The notes beneath the pieces were generated by a model. That model had not been told where the DNA came from and made no database searches. It saw nothing but the letters and a program-made list of their open reading frames with translations. Positions 25,330-37,408 of a stretch of 64,000 bases of DNA are shown here, in pieces; the stretch's first letter is position 1, and the number at the start of each line of letters is the position of its first letter. The stretch comes from Lama glama (taxonomy: Eukaryota). Both the position numbers and the translations under genes were made by a program. The stretch is from positions 47,308,001-47,372,000 of the forward strand of contig CM052818.1 in NCBI GenBank assembly GCA_028534125.1, written 5' to 3'.

Positions 25330-25880
25330 TTCAGATTGTTGCCTGTTTTGCGCCCTTGCCAACATGAAATGTTTCCCAACATGCTTCGCAGGGCTTTTCA
25401 CGTTACCTCTGCCTCGGTGTTCCTTCTGCAAAGAATGCCTTTCAGAGCTCAGATTCTGGACATCTTTACCATCCGTCCTTTCCTCTGCCTTCAAGACAGA
25501 CCTCAGACTCTTGTAGGTCATTGAGAGAACAACACATTCCATTTTGCTAGATTCCTCTCTTGGTGAGAAAGCCGATTCTTGAGTCCTGACGCTGGGAATT
25601 CTCATTTACTAAGTCTAGAGTGGACCCCCAATTATCTGTTTGAATAAACATTTAGCTGATTCGGATGCAGCAGATCCACGGGCCAAGCTTTGAAGAACAC
25701 AAGCCTACATTTACGGTTTCTCTCCCAGTGAGAACGTTACAATTCTTATTCTCATTTCAGTGGTTTCTGTATATTTGTTCTTACCTCTTTATACATCATG
25801 CCGGGGCTGTGCCTTGTCAATTTTTCTGTTCTTCTAGTGTCAGGCACTTAGCAGAGACTTTACAAATATTTACTGAACTA
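25330..25880 (+). mobile_element. L2 fragments interrupted by a MER5-like element (~25520-25700)
   Basis: L2: GTTCCTTCTGCAAAGAATGCCTT...CCTTCAAGACAGACCTCAGA. MER5: GATTCTTGAGTCC...AAGTCTAGAGTGGACCCCA...GCTGATTCGGATGCAGC...CTTTGAAGAACAC. Confidence 0.6.
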
Positions 25881-27354
25881 AACTTAATACCATCTTTTTT
25901 TTGATTCCAAAGATTTGGTAAATATTATTCTTGTATGTTTTCCCCTTTGTAGCAGGTAAAGAGTAAATTTGGGGAAGGGTTGGAGAAGTGTAGACCGCAG
26001 ACATGGAGAGATGGGAAAAGGATGCTGGAAGGATATATTAGTGAGGAAATTCACTCACTTCCCTGGGGTAAGTTAGGTGACCGCTGCACAGCCCTGCTGT
26101 TCTGAGAGAAAATGGAAAAGGTTCCAGGACACGGGGCTTTGTTCTGTCTCCTGATGCCAACTGACTTTGAAAGATATTCAACCCTGGGTGGTTTGGAAGT
26201 CAACCTACATGGAGAGGAGAGACTGAGTTACATGGATTCCTCGGAGCCGCTGGACCCTAAATGGGTGAGATACAGCCATTTAGATCTCTTGAAAGTTTAT
26301 ACACCTACACTTTAAGACAAATGAATGTATCTGCAAAAAGCTTCAAATGTGACAACCGACGTTTGGCCCAGCTCAAAGCCTCCTGAAGTCCACGTGCACT
26401 TAAATTCACTAAATTCAGAACTTACAAGGGAATCCAAGGTTCGGCCAAAGCAAGGCTTAGAAGACTCTAACCTACGGGAGGTTTGGGAATTCAGTCTCTT
26501 CGCTGTGAGCTTTAGAAACCTTGTCCTGAATCATCAGCACAGGCTCCCTGTTCTCACCCTCTTCATCCGGGGGCCGAATCTGCAGATGATCGTGGTCTGC
26601 GCATGCGGTATTCATCCCTTGCAAGACCATTCCTTGGTTGTGCCCTCTCCAATCCCAGGAAACTTTCCTTTACTCAAACAGCTACTTGGCCATTCCCTCC
26701 CTCCTTCCATTCTCTCTCCTCTTTCTCTTAGAATGACTTTTAAATTACAGTCTTATGGGCAAACTCAAACCATCTTTATATTCCATAAGTTTACCCCATA
26801 TGAAGGTTTGAGTGAGAAGGCTGCTAAGAATTAATTTGTAGTCGTAGAACCAAGATATAAATGCCCACTGGTGGGTGGACCCTAACGTAACTTAATTTAT
26901 TTACTCAATGTGAAGGGGGCCATAACTGTCACATTTTCTGGGTCTTAGACATTCAACAAGACATTTTTGATCAGACAGCTTTTATTATCTCATTGGACAC
27001 AGGGATCCTGGTGGCAGGGCTGGGGAACCGGGGTTTGAACACTGGGGCATGTCCAGCCCTCAGCACTCACCCTGAGCTTCTTCCAGCTGTGTGTGGTGAT
27101 GCCACAATCCAGAGAATCTTCAATCTTCTACTCATAAACAAGAACAAACAAACAAACAAAAACCCAGCACCTGTTACGCACCAGGCACTCTGAAAGGTGC
27201 TGGGAAATACAGTCTTTACTCTTAAAGAACTCACAGTCTATTAGGCAAAATCTAATCTGAGTAACAGGTTTGATAAAGTCAGACAGTTGTCCCAAAGAGG
27301 GTGTGAATAAGGTTCAAGATGCTGAGAAGGACCCTCTGTGGATCTCTGGCCTGG

Positions 27355-27560
27355 CTGTGGAGAGTGGGGGGCCTGAGCACAGACTGCCTGGACTCCAATC
27401 CTGACACATTAGCTCTTTAAACTTGTTAGTTAACCTCTCTATCTGTTTCCTCATCTGAAAATTGAGGCCAGTGGTCGCACATCCCACAGAGGGCTGTGTG
27501 AGGATTTCATGGGTTGCTGTTTGCAAAGGACTTGGAGGAGTGCATGGCACATTTTAATTC
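27355..27560 (+). mobile_element. MIR SINE
   Basis: CAGACTGCCTGGACTCCAATCCTG...TTAACCTCTCTATCTGTTTCCTCATCTGAAAATTGAGG...GGGCTGTGTGAGGATT. Confidence 0.9.
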
Positions 27561-27984
27561 CTTTTATTAGTGCAGTGTACAGTGATACCTATTTCAGGAT
27601 AAATATCTACCCACAGCATCCACGTCTATCACATCTATCAATAGCATGTCATACATCTGACACCATACCTTCACTTCCTACTATGTCTTGACACTAATGG
27701 ATACAAATGGCCACATCAAATACAGTGATATGATCATTAGAAAAATAATATTCCATCTTTCCGGTTTCTCATTTGTGAATTCATCAGTAATTTAACAAGC
27801 ACCGACGTTCCACGGAGGTGCCGCTGTCTGCTAAGAGAGAGGGTTAAAGAATCCAAAAAAGCCCCCTTTTTAAGAGGAACTCAAATTTTTGTTGCAGAGG
27901 CAGGCATGTGGCTCTAATGAAAAATTGTTAGGGCGAAAATTAGCATAACGTATCAGGAGCTATCTAAGCCGGTCTAAGCCAGCT

Positions 27985-28460
27985 GGCGAGTCTTAGAGGC
28001 AGCTCCCCGGGGCAGGGCACCCCGGAGCCAGCCTGCAGGGGTGACTGGCAGCTGGCTGGGCGGGGACGGGACGAGTTCGGTGAGGACGATGAGAGGCTCC
28101 GGCAGGGCTTGGAAGGCGCGCAGACATCACTTCCCTGCCTCCCGCCTGCAGGCCCGGGGAACCGCTGAGGCGTCGTATCAGGGATGCGCTATTTGAGTCT
28201 CTGGGAAGTGACTTCCCCAAGGAGCCAGCACAAGGGCGCAGAGGCAGGAAAGGCTGGCCAGTGTCCCAGAACGACAGCGGAAGTGAGCCCCGGCGCCCGG
28301 GCTGGAGCCCGGGATGGCGACGTCGCGGGGCCGCAGCTTCAGGACCAGGACCTGCCTGGCGGCGCGCGCGCGCGCTCGCTCGCCCCCCGTAGGTCCGACC
28401 TGCGGGGTTTGGGCCGAACCGGTGGGCTGTTCCGCTGGTCCTCCTTGCGGGCCCCAGGGC
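27985..28460 (+). promoter_or_regulatory. CpG-island-like putative promoter, partly L2-derived
   Basis: Very dense CpG. GC box GGGCGGGG at ~28058, ETS site CGGAAGTG at 28278-28285, GGATGGCG (YY1-like/Kozak) at 28312, (GC)7 run at 28362-28375. Confidence 0.6.
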
Positions 28461-29739
28461 AGCTCACTGAAAGCTTCTTTCTTTGTATTTACCAACTTCA
28501 GGAAGAGCTAGAGATCTCAAGGCTTTCTTCTAACAATCTTAGGCGAATCTTTTTTCTATTACGATTGTATGTTAAAATGTTCCTCTAGACCCGGTAAAAA
28601 GGTCCCGAAGCAAGTGTGAGAAGGACTGAGTTACAGGAAGTGTGAAGTGAGGGACCCTGCCGACGTAACTGAAGCTGAGTGGTTTATGGCAATTATTTAC
28701 ATTCTAGGTTAGACATATAAGTGTCACCAGCAACACTGAAGAGAAGCCTATCGTCGCCAGAGCCTTGCCTGCATGTGGATTAAAAAGAAAAAACAGTGTT
28801 GAACGGGATCAGCGAGACCTCCTTTTTTTTATTTCTGGGCTGGTGAACACTTCTGGCCTTAACTGTGTGCCTTCCGGTGTGCGCTTCCCCACTCGTACCT
28901 CACAAGGAAGAGCTACTTCTTGAAGATACCTACTTACTAAAGTCAGCGCCAGACCACATGGTGAGGGTCAGGGAGTGTCCGTGGGCCAGCTGGACCCAGA
29001 GCATCCCGTGTTGTGTCTGGTTATTTTCAAAGCCTCTGATGTGCATCCTCTCTCATGCGGTCCTCAAGGGAAACTTGGGAAATAGTCTGAGGGTGTTATC
29101 CTGGTCTACACGTTATGGATGAAGAAAGGGAGGTGAGGATACATACTCGTTCTGCAGTCTGATGGCTGCTGAAGGGCGCTGTCTTTTGACCGCAAATGAA
29201 GGATTCCATCCACCGTACCAGGAGGAGGCAGGTGCAGCGTCACCAGCCTGTTCTGAGTGAGGCATGGCTGATGTGATGCTCGCCAGGTCCTGCCCTCTGG
29301 ACCCTAGCTCTCTCATCTGTCAGATGGAGATGGTAATAACCATCTTGTGGGGACCGGTGTAGACTTAAGGGGCCATGGTACCTAACGTGCTTAACGCAGA
29401 GTGCGTGAAAGATGCTGTAGCTTTTCTTAGGAAGCCTCTAGCAACTTTTTCTCACAGTTCATTAGCCCAGATTCTGTCATATGCCCAATATGAACGAGCT
29501 CATTGGCAAAGGGGAAGAAATTACTCGCAGACCAGTTACCCCCACAACTTGATCTGAGCCCAGTCCTCCAACATGCACTGCGTCAGGGAAATTCGAGAAT
29601 AGACGCCAGAGAGTCAGCCACCATATCCTGTATGGATGACAGCAAGGAGTGGGATGAACCAGAATGTTACTGTACGTCTCAGGAGTTCCAGGAGTCAGAA
29701 CGGAGGAAGTGGATCCTGTCACAGCTGAAGAAAAAATAG
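28314..29739 (+). other. Hypothetical 3-exon short ORF or unitary pseudogene (28314-28388, 28907-28960, 29431-29739)
   Basis: All junctions are phase 0 with GT/AG signals, and AATAAA follows at 29884 and 29944. There is an in-frame TGA at 29491-29493. I recognise no homologue. Confidence 0.2.
29270..29395 (+). mobile_element. MIR fragment
   Basis: CTCTCTCATCTGTCAGATGGAGATGGTAATAACCATCTTGTGGG. Confidence 0.65.
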
Positions 29740-30219
29740 TCCAGACACGAAAAGCCAGCTTCTCAGAATCTGCAAAAAGGAAATAATGTGGAAGGAAGTG
29801 AAGAGGGAGGACCTGGAGGAAGCTTGAGAGCCCATGACTACTGTGTGAGCACATGGGGCAGAGATGCTGCAACTCTTTTTTTAAATAAACTCTGAGTCGT
29901 GCGAAAATGGTGAGGCCAGGCAGACCCCTGGAGGTAATTGTTCAATAAATAGCTGTTTTTTTTTTATCATCAACTGAGTTTTGAAGGGGAAAGGCAATTT
30001 TTTTTTCTTTTCTTGCTAGACTCACTCTGTGTTGGATATATGGCAACAGGTATTTGGACGTAGAAGCTCTAAGTACCATTTATTTTTTCATTTTCAAAAC
30101 AGAATATGCTGAAAAAGATAGTATATTCTTCCATTCACTATTTGGATTTTGGGTCATAACTGAGTATTTAAAATTTTCAAATTTTTTAATCTAGTGAAAC
30201 ATTATCTATGGAAAGACTG

Positions 30220-30465
30220 CTAAGAAGCTACACTGGGAGTGTGATGTGTGCAGTTACTTTGGAAAGCATTTCTATAATATTAACAATTAAAACTGAGCAT
30301 TCGCACCCCTGTCACCACATAAGGCACCCCTAGGTGTATACTCAGCACAAAGGTGTCCGTCTGTCCATCAGACAGTGTACGTGAGGCTGGTCATAGGCTC
30401 ATTACTGTGTAACAGGACCCAAGGGGCAGGAACCCAAATATCCAGCAAGGATAGAGCAGATAAGT
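30220..30465 (+). mobile_element. L1ME-type 3' fragment
   Basis: CTGGGAGTGTGATGTGTGCAGTTACTTTGGAAAGC...CCCCTAGGTGTATACTCAG...AACCCAAATATCCAGCAAGGATAGAGCAGATAA. Confidence 0.7.
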
Positions 30466-30469
30466 GTTG

Positions 30470-33253
30470 GAGCTTCCAGAGTGGCCAGGCGAGGAGCTCG
30501 GCAGAACGTCTTCCCAGCAAAGTAACAACTAACTGGTAAAAATCCTGTAAAAAAAACAAATCATTTAAAGCCTGTGGAAATTATGCTAAGCACACATAGC
30601 AAATGGGAAAACACTCATTCAAGAAAATCTACTAAATCTCCGTGTCATCAGCAAGGATCTGTGGTACTGGGGCCACAGCCTGCTCCCCGGCGGCCCTGGC
30701 CCAGCTCCAGGCCCCAGAAGCTCTCCCTTGGGTGGGCCCTTTCTCCCCCAGCTTGCAGTTTGGAGCCGCGGCTTGACTGGCAGCAGGGTTCGTCACCCCC
30801 ACCCCCCACCGTGTGCACAAGAAGCTGTTCGAGCAGACGGGGCGGAGATGGCCGGCCTCTCTCCCCGGCCCCGGCCTTGCTGCTGGGCCAGACGCCTGGG
30901 CCTCCTAGGGCCGCCGCCCCGCCTGCCTTTAAGGCAGAGGTTTCCCATCTGGAAGGGCAAGCCAAGGGAGCCCGAGGTTGCCCCTTCCCTCGTGCCCATG
31001 GCAGAGAGAGATGTCGCCCCGGGGAAAGTGGACCCACACCCACAGCGCTGGTGTGGCGACGCCGGGGCTTTGCCGAAAGGGAAAGTGCAGGCTGTGAGGA
31101 CGAAGAGCCAGCTCTGCCTGAGGAGACTGGGTGTTTGGGTCAGGATGGGAGAAGTCCATCCCTAAGGGTGTGGTCAGGAAGAATGGAGATCTTGGTGGAG
31201 ACTAACGCAGAGTAGGCTGGTGGCTCCCAGATGCGTGTCAGTGACTGAGCGACCAGAAGCTTAACAGAAAGAACCAGGAGAAGAGAGGCCAGGACGTGGG
31301 GCAGACCCACAAGCAGTCCCCAGACAGCAGCCAGACCTGTCAGCACGGGGCCGGAGAGTCTCCGGCACGACAGCCCAGGGCACCGGAGACGCGACCGGGG
31401 CTGCTCCTGCTAAGCCAGGCTTAAGACGAGAAGTCACGCTCAGCCCCGGAAGCCTGGAAGGCTGCGTGTCTGCCCGGGACGGCACTTCCCAGGGGTCATC
31501 ACAGAGGGAAGCTCCCAGCTCCCAGGCCCTGGCGGAAGCGGAACACGGGGCGAACAACAACAACAAAAACCAAGCGAACTCCCCGATCTGTGATCACAGT
31601 GTCAAAGCACATGCTCACCCAGTGACGAGGGAGAAGCACGGGCCTGGCCGAGAGGACTTAAGCACAGCCTCCGACCAGCAGGTGGCTTATGTTGACCTAG
31701 GGGTAACCTCTGATAACAAGGCTAAAAGATAAAAATCATGGGGAAAAATCTGAGCACAAATAAGAGAAACAGCGTACTGCAAAGAAAATAGATATAGTAG
31801 ATTTAGTTTCAGTCAGATCAGTAAAGAAGAAAACTAATGACCAAGCCAACAACAGCCACCTCTGAGAAGGGGGTCAGGATCCAGAGTTGCTGCAGTATGT
31901 CATCTGAAGCCACCAGTTTCCAACAAAAAAGTGTGGCATGAAAATAAACAGGAATGTATGAGCCATGGATGGGGCGGAAAGCAGATGATGGAACCTGCCC
32001 GTGAAGGTGAAGCAAGCAGAGAAAGACTTCAAAGCAGTTACTGTGAATATCTGCAAGTAACAGCCAAGGGAATCTATGCTTTAAAAATTAAAGGAAAATA
32101 GGGTGACACTGTCCCATAAAGAGAATATCAATAAAGACATAGAACTAAAAAGACCAAGGATTGAAAATTATAATAACCTAGATAAAAGGTCAAGAATAAG
32201 ACAAGGATGCCCACTCTTGGAATTTCTATTTTACGTTGTACTGGAAGTCTAGACAAAGCAATTCAGTGCTTAAAAAAAAAAAAAGACATCCAGATTGGAA
32301 AAGAAGTCAAACTGTATTTTTTCTCAGTTGATATGATTTTGTAAATAGAAAATCCTACAGATTCCTAAGGATTCCACTAAAAATCTATCAGTAAGCTAAT
32401 AAATTCAGCCTTTCAGTAGGATATAAGATCAATGTGCAAAACTCAATTGCATTTTTATGCAGTAGCAACAAACATTCTGACAACGAAATTAAAAAAAACA
32501 CCATTTATGGTAATATCAAGAAGAATAAAATATCTAGGTACAAATTTAACAAAAGAAGGAAAGTTCTTGTATACTAGCATTAATAAACATTCACAAAATA
32601 AATTAAAAATATAACAGATGATGTATAGTAAGTTATTCCTCAGGAAGCTTAATATTGTTAATATCGCAAGACTCTCCAAATTGATCTACAGATTCAACTC
32701 AACATTTTAAAATCCCACCTACCATTTTTGCAAAAATAGACAAACTTTTCCTAAAATTCATATGGAAATGCACAGGACCCAGAACAGCCAAAACAATCTT
32801 GAAAAAGAATAAACTTGAAAGACTCACAATTAACTGATTTCAAAACTTACAACAAAGATATAATTATTAAGACAATATGGTACTGCCATAAGGACTGACG
32901 TATAATCAGTGGAATAGAATTAAGAATCAAGAAATGAAGCCATATACTTACAGTCAATTGATTTTAGGCAAGGGTGCCAAGACCATTCATTTGAGAAAAA
33001 TAGTCTTTTCAACAAACAGTATTGGGAAAATTGGCTATCTACACGCAAAAGAATTAATTTGGACACTTACCTCACAACATACAAAATAAGATATTAACTC
33101 AAAATGAATCCTAAATGTAAGAACTAATACTATAAATCCCTTAGAAGGAAATAGACCTAAATTTTAGTGAGCTTGGATCACATGATGGTTTCTTAAACAT
33201 AACACCAAAAACATCAGTGAAAAAAGAGAAAATTGATAAGTTGTACTACACAA
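30470..33253 (+). mobile_element. L1MC/L1MD-type LINE-1: 5' region, ORF1 start joined to ORF2 RT/C-terminal part, running into the gap
   Basis: 5' text GAAAACACTCATTCAAGAAAATCTACTAAATCTC. ORF1-like GCAGAGAAAGACTTCAAAGCAGTTA. ORF2 AAGACAAGGATGCCCACTC, AAATTGATCTACAGATTCAA, TTCAAAACTTACAACAAAG, AAGGGTGCCAAGACCATTCA. Many stops. Confidence 0.9.
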
Positions 33254-33753
33254 NNNNNNNNNNNNNNNNNNNNNNNNNNNNNNNNNNNNNNNNNNNNNNN
33301 NNNNNNNNNNNNNNNNNNNNNNNNNNNNNNNNNNNNNNNNNNNNNNNNNNNNNNNNNNNNNNNNNNNNNNNNNNNNNNNNNNNNNNNNNNNNNNNNNNNN
33401 NNNNNNNNNNNNNNNNNNNNNNNNNNNNNNNNNNNNNNNNNNNNNNNNNNNNNNNNNNNNNNNNNNNNNNNNNNNNNNNNNNNNNNNNNNNNNNNNNNNN
33501 NNNNNNNNNNNNNNNNNNNNNNNNNNNNNNNNNNNNNNNNNNNNNNNNNNNNNNNNNNNNNNNNNNNNNNNNNNNNNNNNNNNNNNNNNNNNNNNNNNNN
33601 NNNNNNNNNNNNNNNNNNNNNNNNNNNNNNNNNNNNNNNNNNNNNNNNNNNNNNNNNNNNNNNNNNNNNNNNNNNNNNNNNNNNNNNNNNNNNNNNNNNN
33701 NNNNNNNNNNNNNNNNNNNNNNNNNNNNNNNNNNNNNNNNNNNNNNNNNNNNN
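33254..33753. other. Assembly gap (500 N)
   Basis: Exactly 500 N. Confidence 1.
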
Positions 33754-34459
33754 TGCCTATTCTGATTCCTCCTGGGAAAACTCTCACGGCATCAGCTGTC
33801 CCATTTACCATCAGCTGTATCATTCTTTTTTCACATTAGGGTGAGAAATAGTATTAGCTCTTTAGCTAGATATGTTTGATGAAGAATGCTTTTTGTTTAG
33901 AAACTTTGATCAGACACCTAGGAAGAGCAGGTAAGACCCTAAGCACACGAACTGAAGGGACCAGAAAGAGACAGATGCATTGGGGCTTTTATAAATCATG
34001 AACTGGAATGTGGTGCTAGCTGGGAGAGCAGAGAAAGAAGAAAGAAAGAAGAGAGATGAGCAAAGGTCCTGAGTAATTCATAGGACCAAGCTGGAGCTGG
34101 CGGGAAACAGAGAGGGGGAGTCCACCCTCAGGGAAGTCTGCTGCTCTGCGCAAGCTTCTCCGTTGCTGTGGGAAGGGTGCGCCCCCGCTGCGTCCAGCAG
34201 CCCCAGGGGAGTTCTGTGGGAGGCATCCTTCCTCTGCAGACAGTCAAGACTGTACAATGTATTTGCGATTGTTTTTCAGGGTATGTAAAAGAATAAGCAC
34301 CCAAATGAAACATGGAAGCCAAAGGTGGTTAGGAGAACTATGAACCCCCAAGGATTTACAGAGACCTTGAGACGAACCAAGGAATTTCTATAGTACATGA
34401 AATGGGAAGCTGGGCAGAGTCTCTGGATATTCAAGACACCAGTGACCGAGGTGACATCT

Positions 34460-34644
34460 GTCTTACTTTTATTTAGTATATGTCTCCTCTCCTGAGTGTA
34501 GGGACCGTATCTTCTCCACAACTCTGCAAGCTCCCTTGCAGGGTAGATTTGGTCTGTCCCTTTATTGTACTGCCTACTGCAACCCCCGGTATAAAGATAA
34601 GTGACGCATGTATGCATGAATGAATGAATGAATGAATGAATGAA
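34460..34644 (+). mobile_element. L2 3' end with (TGAA)n tail
   Basis: CTGCAAGCTCCCTTGCAGGGTAG...ATGCATGAATGAATGAATGAATGAATGAA. Confidence 0.75.
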
Positions 34645-34924
34645 TTGACTTGAGTCATTTATGTGTGTATCTGTCTTCGCCCCCCTGTTGGGAACTTCAG
34701 AAAGCCAAAAGCCATTTTGCTTGTGTCTCAACCTCCCTGCGAAATAAGGAAAGTGACGGTGTTTGGGGAGTTTTGGTATCAAACTAAATTGTGTTTTCTT
34801 GGTTTTTTATTTGCTTTAGTTGTCACTGTTGTTGTTTCAATTAACTCCATAGGTCTGACTGAGTTCCCTGAGTCGCCAGAACCAAATGTCTTTGCCTGGA
34901 AATGAGGTGCAGGAAAAAAACAGC

Positions 34925-35045
34925 CAGGGGAAAATTATGACTTTTGGGGCCAGATGGATGTAAGTTCAAATCCTCGCTCACCAAAACCCCATCTGGGGCA
35001 AGTTCCTTAACTCTCTGAGCCTCTGATTTCCTGCTTTAGAAGAGG
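34925..35045 (+). mobile_element. MIR SINE
   Basis: AGTTCAAATCCTCGCTC...GGGCAAGTTCCTTAACTCTCTGAGCCTCTGATTTCC. Confidence 0.85.
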
Positions 35046-36499
35046 GATGGCATTGCTCATGCTGCAATTTTTTAGGACAGCTACCTCAAACAAGGTGTTT
35101 AAAGCCCCGTTTGATGCATGGTGGATGCTCACTCTGTTTTGACTCCCCGACAGGGGCCAGGGCTGCGGCCGGAATTGAGGACACCCCACCCCAAGTCCTC
35201 TCCGCTCATCGGCAGAGCGAGTCCTGGTGTTTCCACCTTCCGGTGTGAAGCTGCGCTGTCTTCGCTGCCGCTGGGAGACCGTTTTGCACTTTTTGCTACC
35301 GTCGTTTTGGTTAGTGGCTGGTGAAAGGACGGGCGTTACCCGTTTTCTGACATCATCCGATAAGCAAATCATGGTTTTCCCAAGCAGACCGACAGATGAA
35401 GAAGTAAGTGAAACATCCAGAAATCAGAGGGAGTTTTGAAACTTGGGCTCTAGACAGATCAAGACGAAGGACAATGTCCTCTCATATTAAACTTTATTTT
35501 TTTGTCTCCGTTTTGGAACCGGGGAGGTGACGTGGAGAAAGAAACTAAATGGGATGGCATTAGTATTCTGTAAGGTTTTTCATAGTTCACAACTGGCTTA
35601 AAAATGTACCTTTATGACATTTGGGTTAAAAATTAGACAAAACCGAAAGTTAGTTAGATAAAAGTTTAATGCCGTCCCAGACACAACAGCAGGCCCGTGC
35701 AGGTCACCGCCAGCCCGCACGGGGGTGGAACAGTGCGACGGGCAGACACGGACTCTGTAACTGCGGTTTTCCCGAACAGTCATTAATCCCTGCGAGGCTT
35801 ACTGTCCTGAGGATGTCTGCGCTGTGATTCTGCGGAAACGCTGGGCTCTTGGGGTCCCAGGTGGGTGACCTGTTCCCGGAGGAGGTCTGGTTGTGGGGCC
35901 GATCCCACCCACCACAGGCTGCATGGCTTCTTCTGTCTCTGGGATCTGGGAACCACGTCCAAGTTAAGGTGACACCACCTGGGTGGCGAGAAATGCCACC
36001 AGCAGCTAGAGAACTGGCTGCAGCCTGGGAGCACTGGCTGTGCCCCAGACGCAGCTGGAAGGCCATTACTCACGGTGCCTGTGCTGCGAGCAGGAAGTGG
36101 TGGGTTCTCGTTAGAAAACAAGGTGATTTTCCTCATGGCTGCTGGCAGAGGTCAGCGATGGGCTTTATGCCAACAAATCAAGTTACTGGGCAACCTGTCC
36201 CTCTTCCCTTATCAGATCCTTCAAGATGTGGGAAGGAAGGCCCCTAAGACAATGGGTTCCATTTTATTGCTTTTTTCGATACCTGTAGCCTAACTCAGAG
36301 ATACTGAAATGATAAGTGGATGTTAGTTAAAAAAAAATAAGTTTGATTTTAAGAAGATAACTCTGGTGCTCATATGACATGGTTGCCTTTTGTTTCAAAC
36401 GTGAGATAGCAATGTGATCACAGTCCTGCCCCACACAAACCTATAACTGGCTCTTCTGTACCCACAACATGTACCCGCATCATTTCAGTGGATATTCGT

Positions 36500-36920
36500 G
36501 AACCCCCATGGGCTGCCATGGCACCTTCTTGGCCTCGTTCCCTGGTGCCTTCTCTCGTCTTCTATACACAGGTCCCGCTGAACTACCTGCTTGCATGGGT
36601 CAGGCTGTTTGTCCACAGATCCACGGGTCCTTATTTGCAAAGAGGCAATTTCTCATCATTTAAAACTTAAGTCAGGATTCCCCTGCTCTGTGCACCTTTC
36701 CTGACTTGCACACATAGGATCAGTTCCTCCCTCTTATGGGCTAAAACCGCACCGAGCGCACACCTCTATCACAGCACTCTACATTGTGGCACATGGACCT
36801 CCTTCATACCTTGTAATCTATTTGAGGAGAGAGAATTGATCCAACTGATGATGCATGGGATGACTAATCCCATGCCTGGCACATAGAAGGCACTTACAAA
36901 CACTCACTTGTTGAATTAAA
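36500..36920 (+). mobile_element. L2 3' region
   Basis: CTCATCATTTAAAACTTAAG...CCTTTCCTGAC...CACCTCTATCACAGCACT...TGCCTGGCACATAGAAGGCACTTA...TTGTTGAATT. Confidence 0.8.
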
Positions 36921-37408
36921 ATAGAAACTTCCCCTTAAGTAAACCATTTTCAATCATTAACAAAGTTGGAGCTTTGTGTACAAAAAATTAAATAAAGGAA
37001 GCAAATAATGAAAGGGCCAAGAAATAGACATCTACGGCTGACTTAACTTGTTTATCATCAGATCTTTTTCTTGTTATAAAACACCACGCAGATCTCTTAA
37101 AGAAGCATCATTTCAAAAAGCCATCCTCTTTTCCTTACATCACAAAATAGGGACAACAAAATCAGCAAATAAAGGGAAAGCATGAGATAGACATTCTCTG
37201 GAATGAGATACAGCTGGATTCTTAGGACCAAGACCAACAGGAGCAGGAGGGTTAAAACTCTGCAATACCTTGGCTGCGACTCAGGTCCCAAGTACAAGGG
37301 AGCAGAGGAGGCTCTGGTTACATTCAAGTCATGAGGAATATTTAGGAAGCAAGTGGCGTTCCCATCTGACAAAAGGCCGTCCCCGCCCATCTGGGTGCAC
37401 TACAATGC

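Noticed and set aside
26325..26834. 169-aa ATG-initiated ORF
   Set aside because: No recognisable homology, promoter or splice context. The length is plausible by chance in 64 kb. A BLASTp or PhyloCSF hit would be needed to revive it.
29831..29865. SECIS element
   Set aside because: ATGA and a short hairpin are present, but the stem is only about 8 bp and there is no apical AA motif.
30574..31215. 213-aa ORF
   Set aside because: It lies in the GC-rich 5' region of an old L1, has a non-ATG start, is low-complexity Pro/Arg/Gly, and overlaps ORFs on both strands, as expected from GC content.
33164..33844. ORFs spanning the first gap
   Set aside because: Artefacts of the N run.
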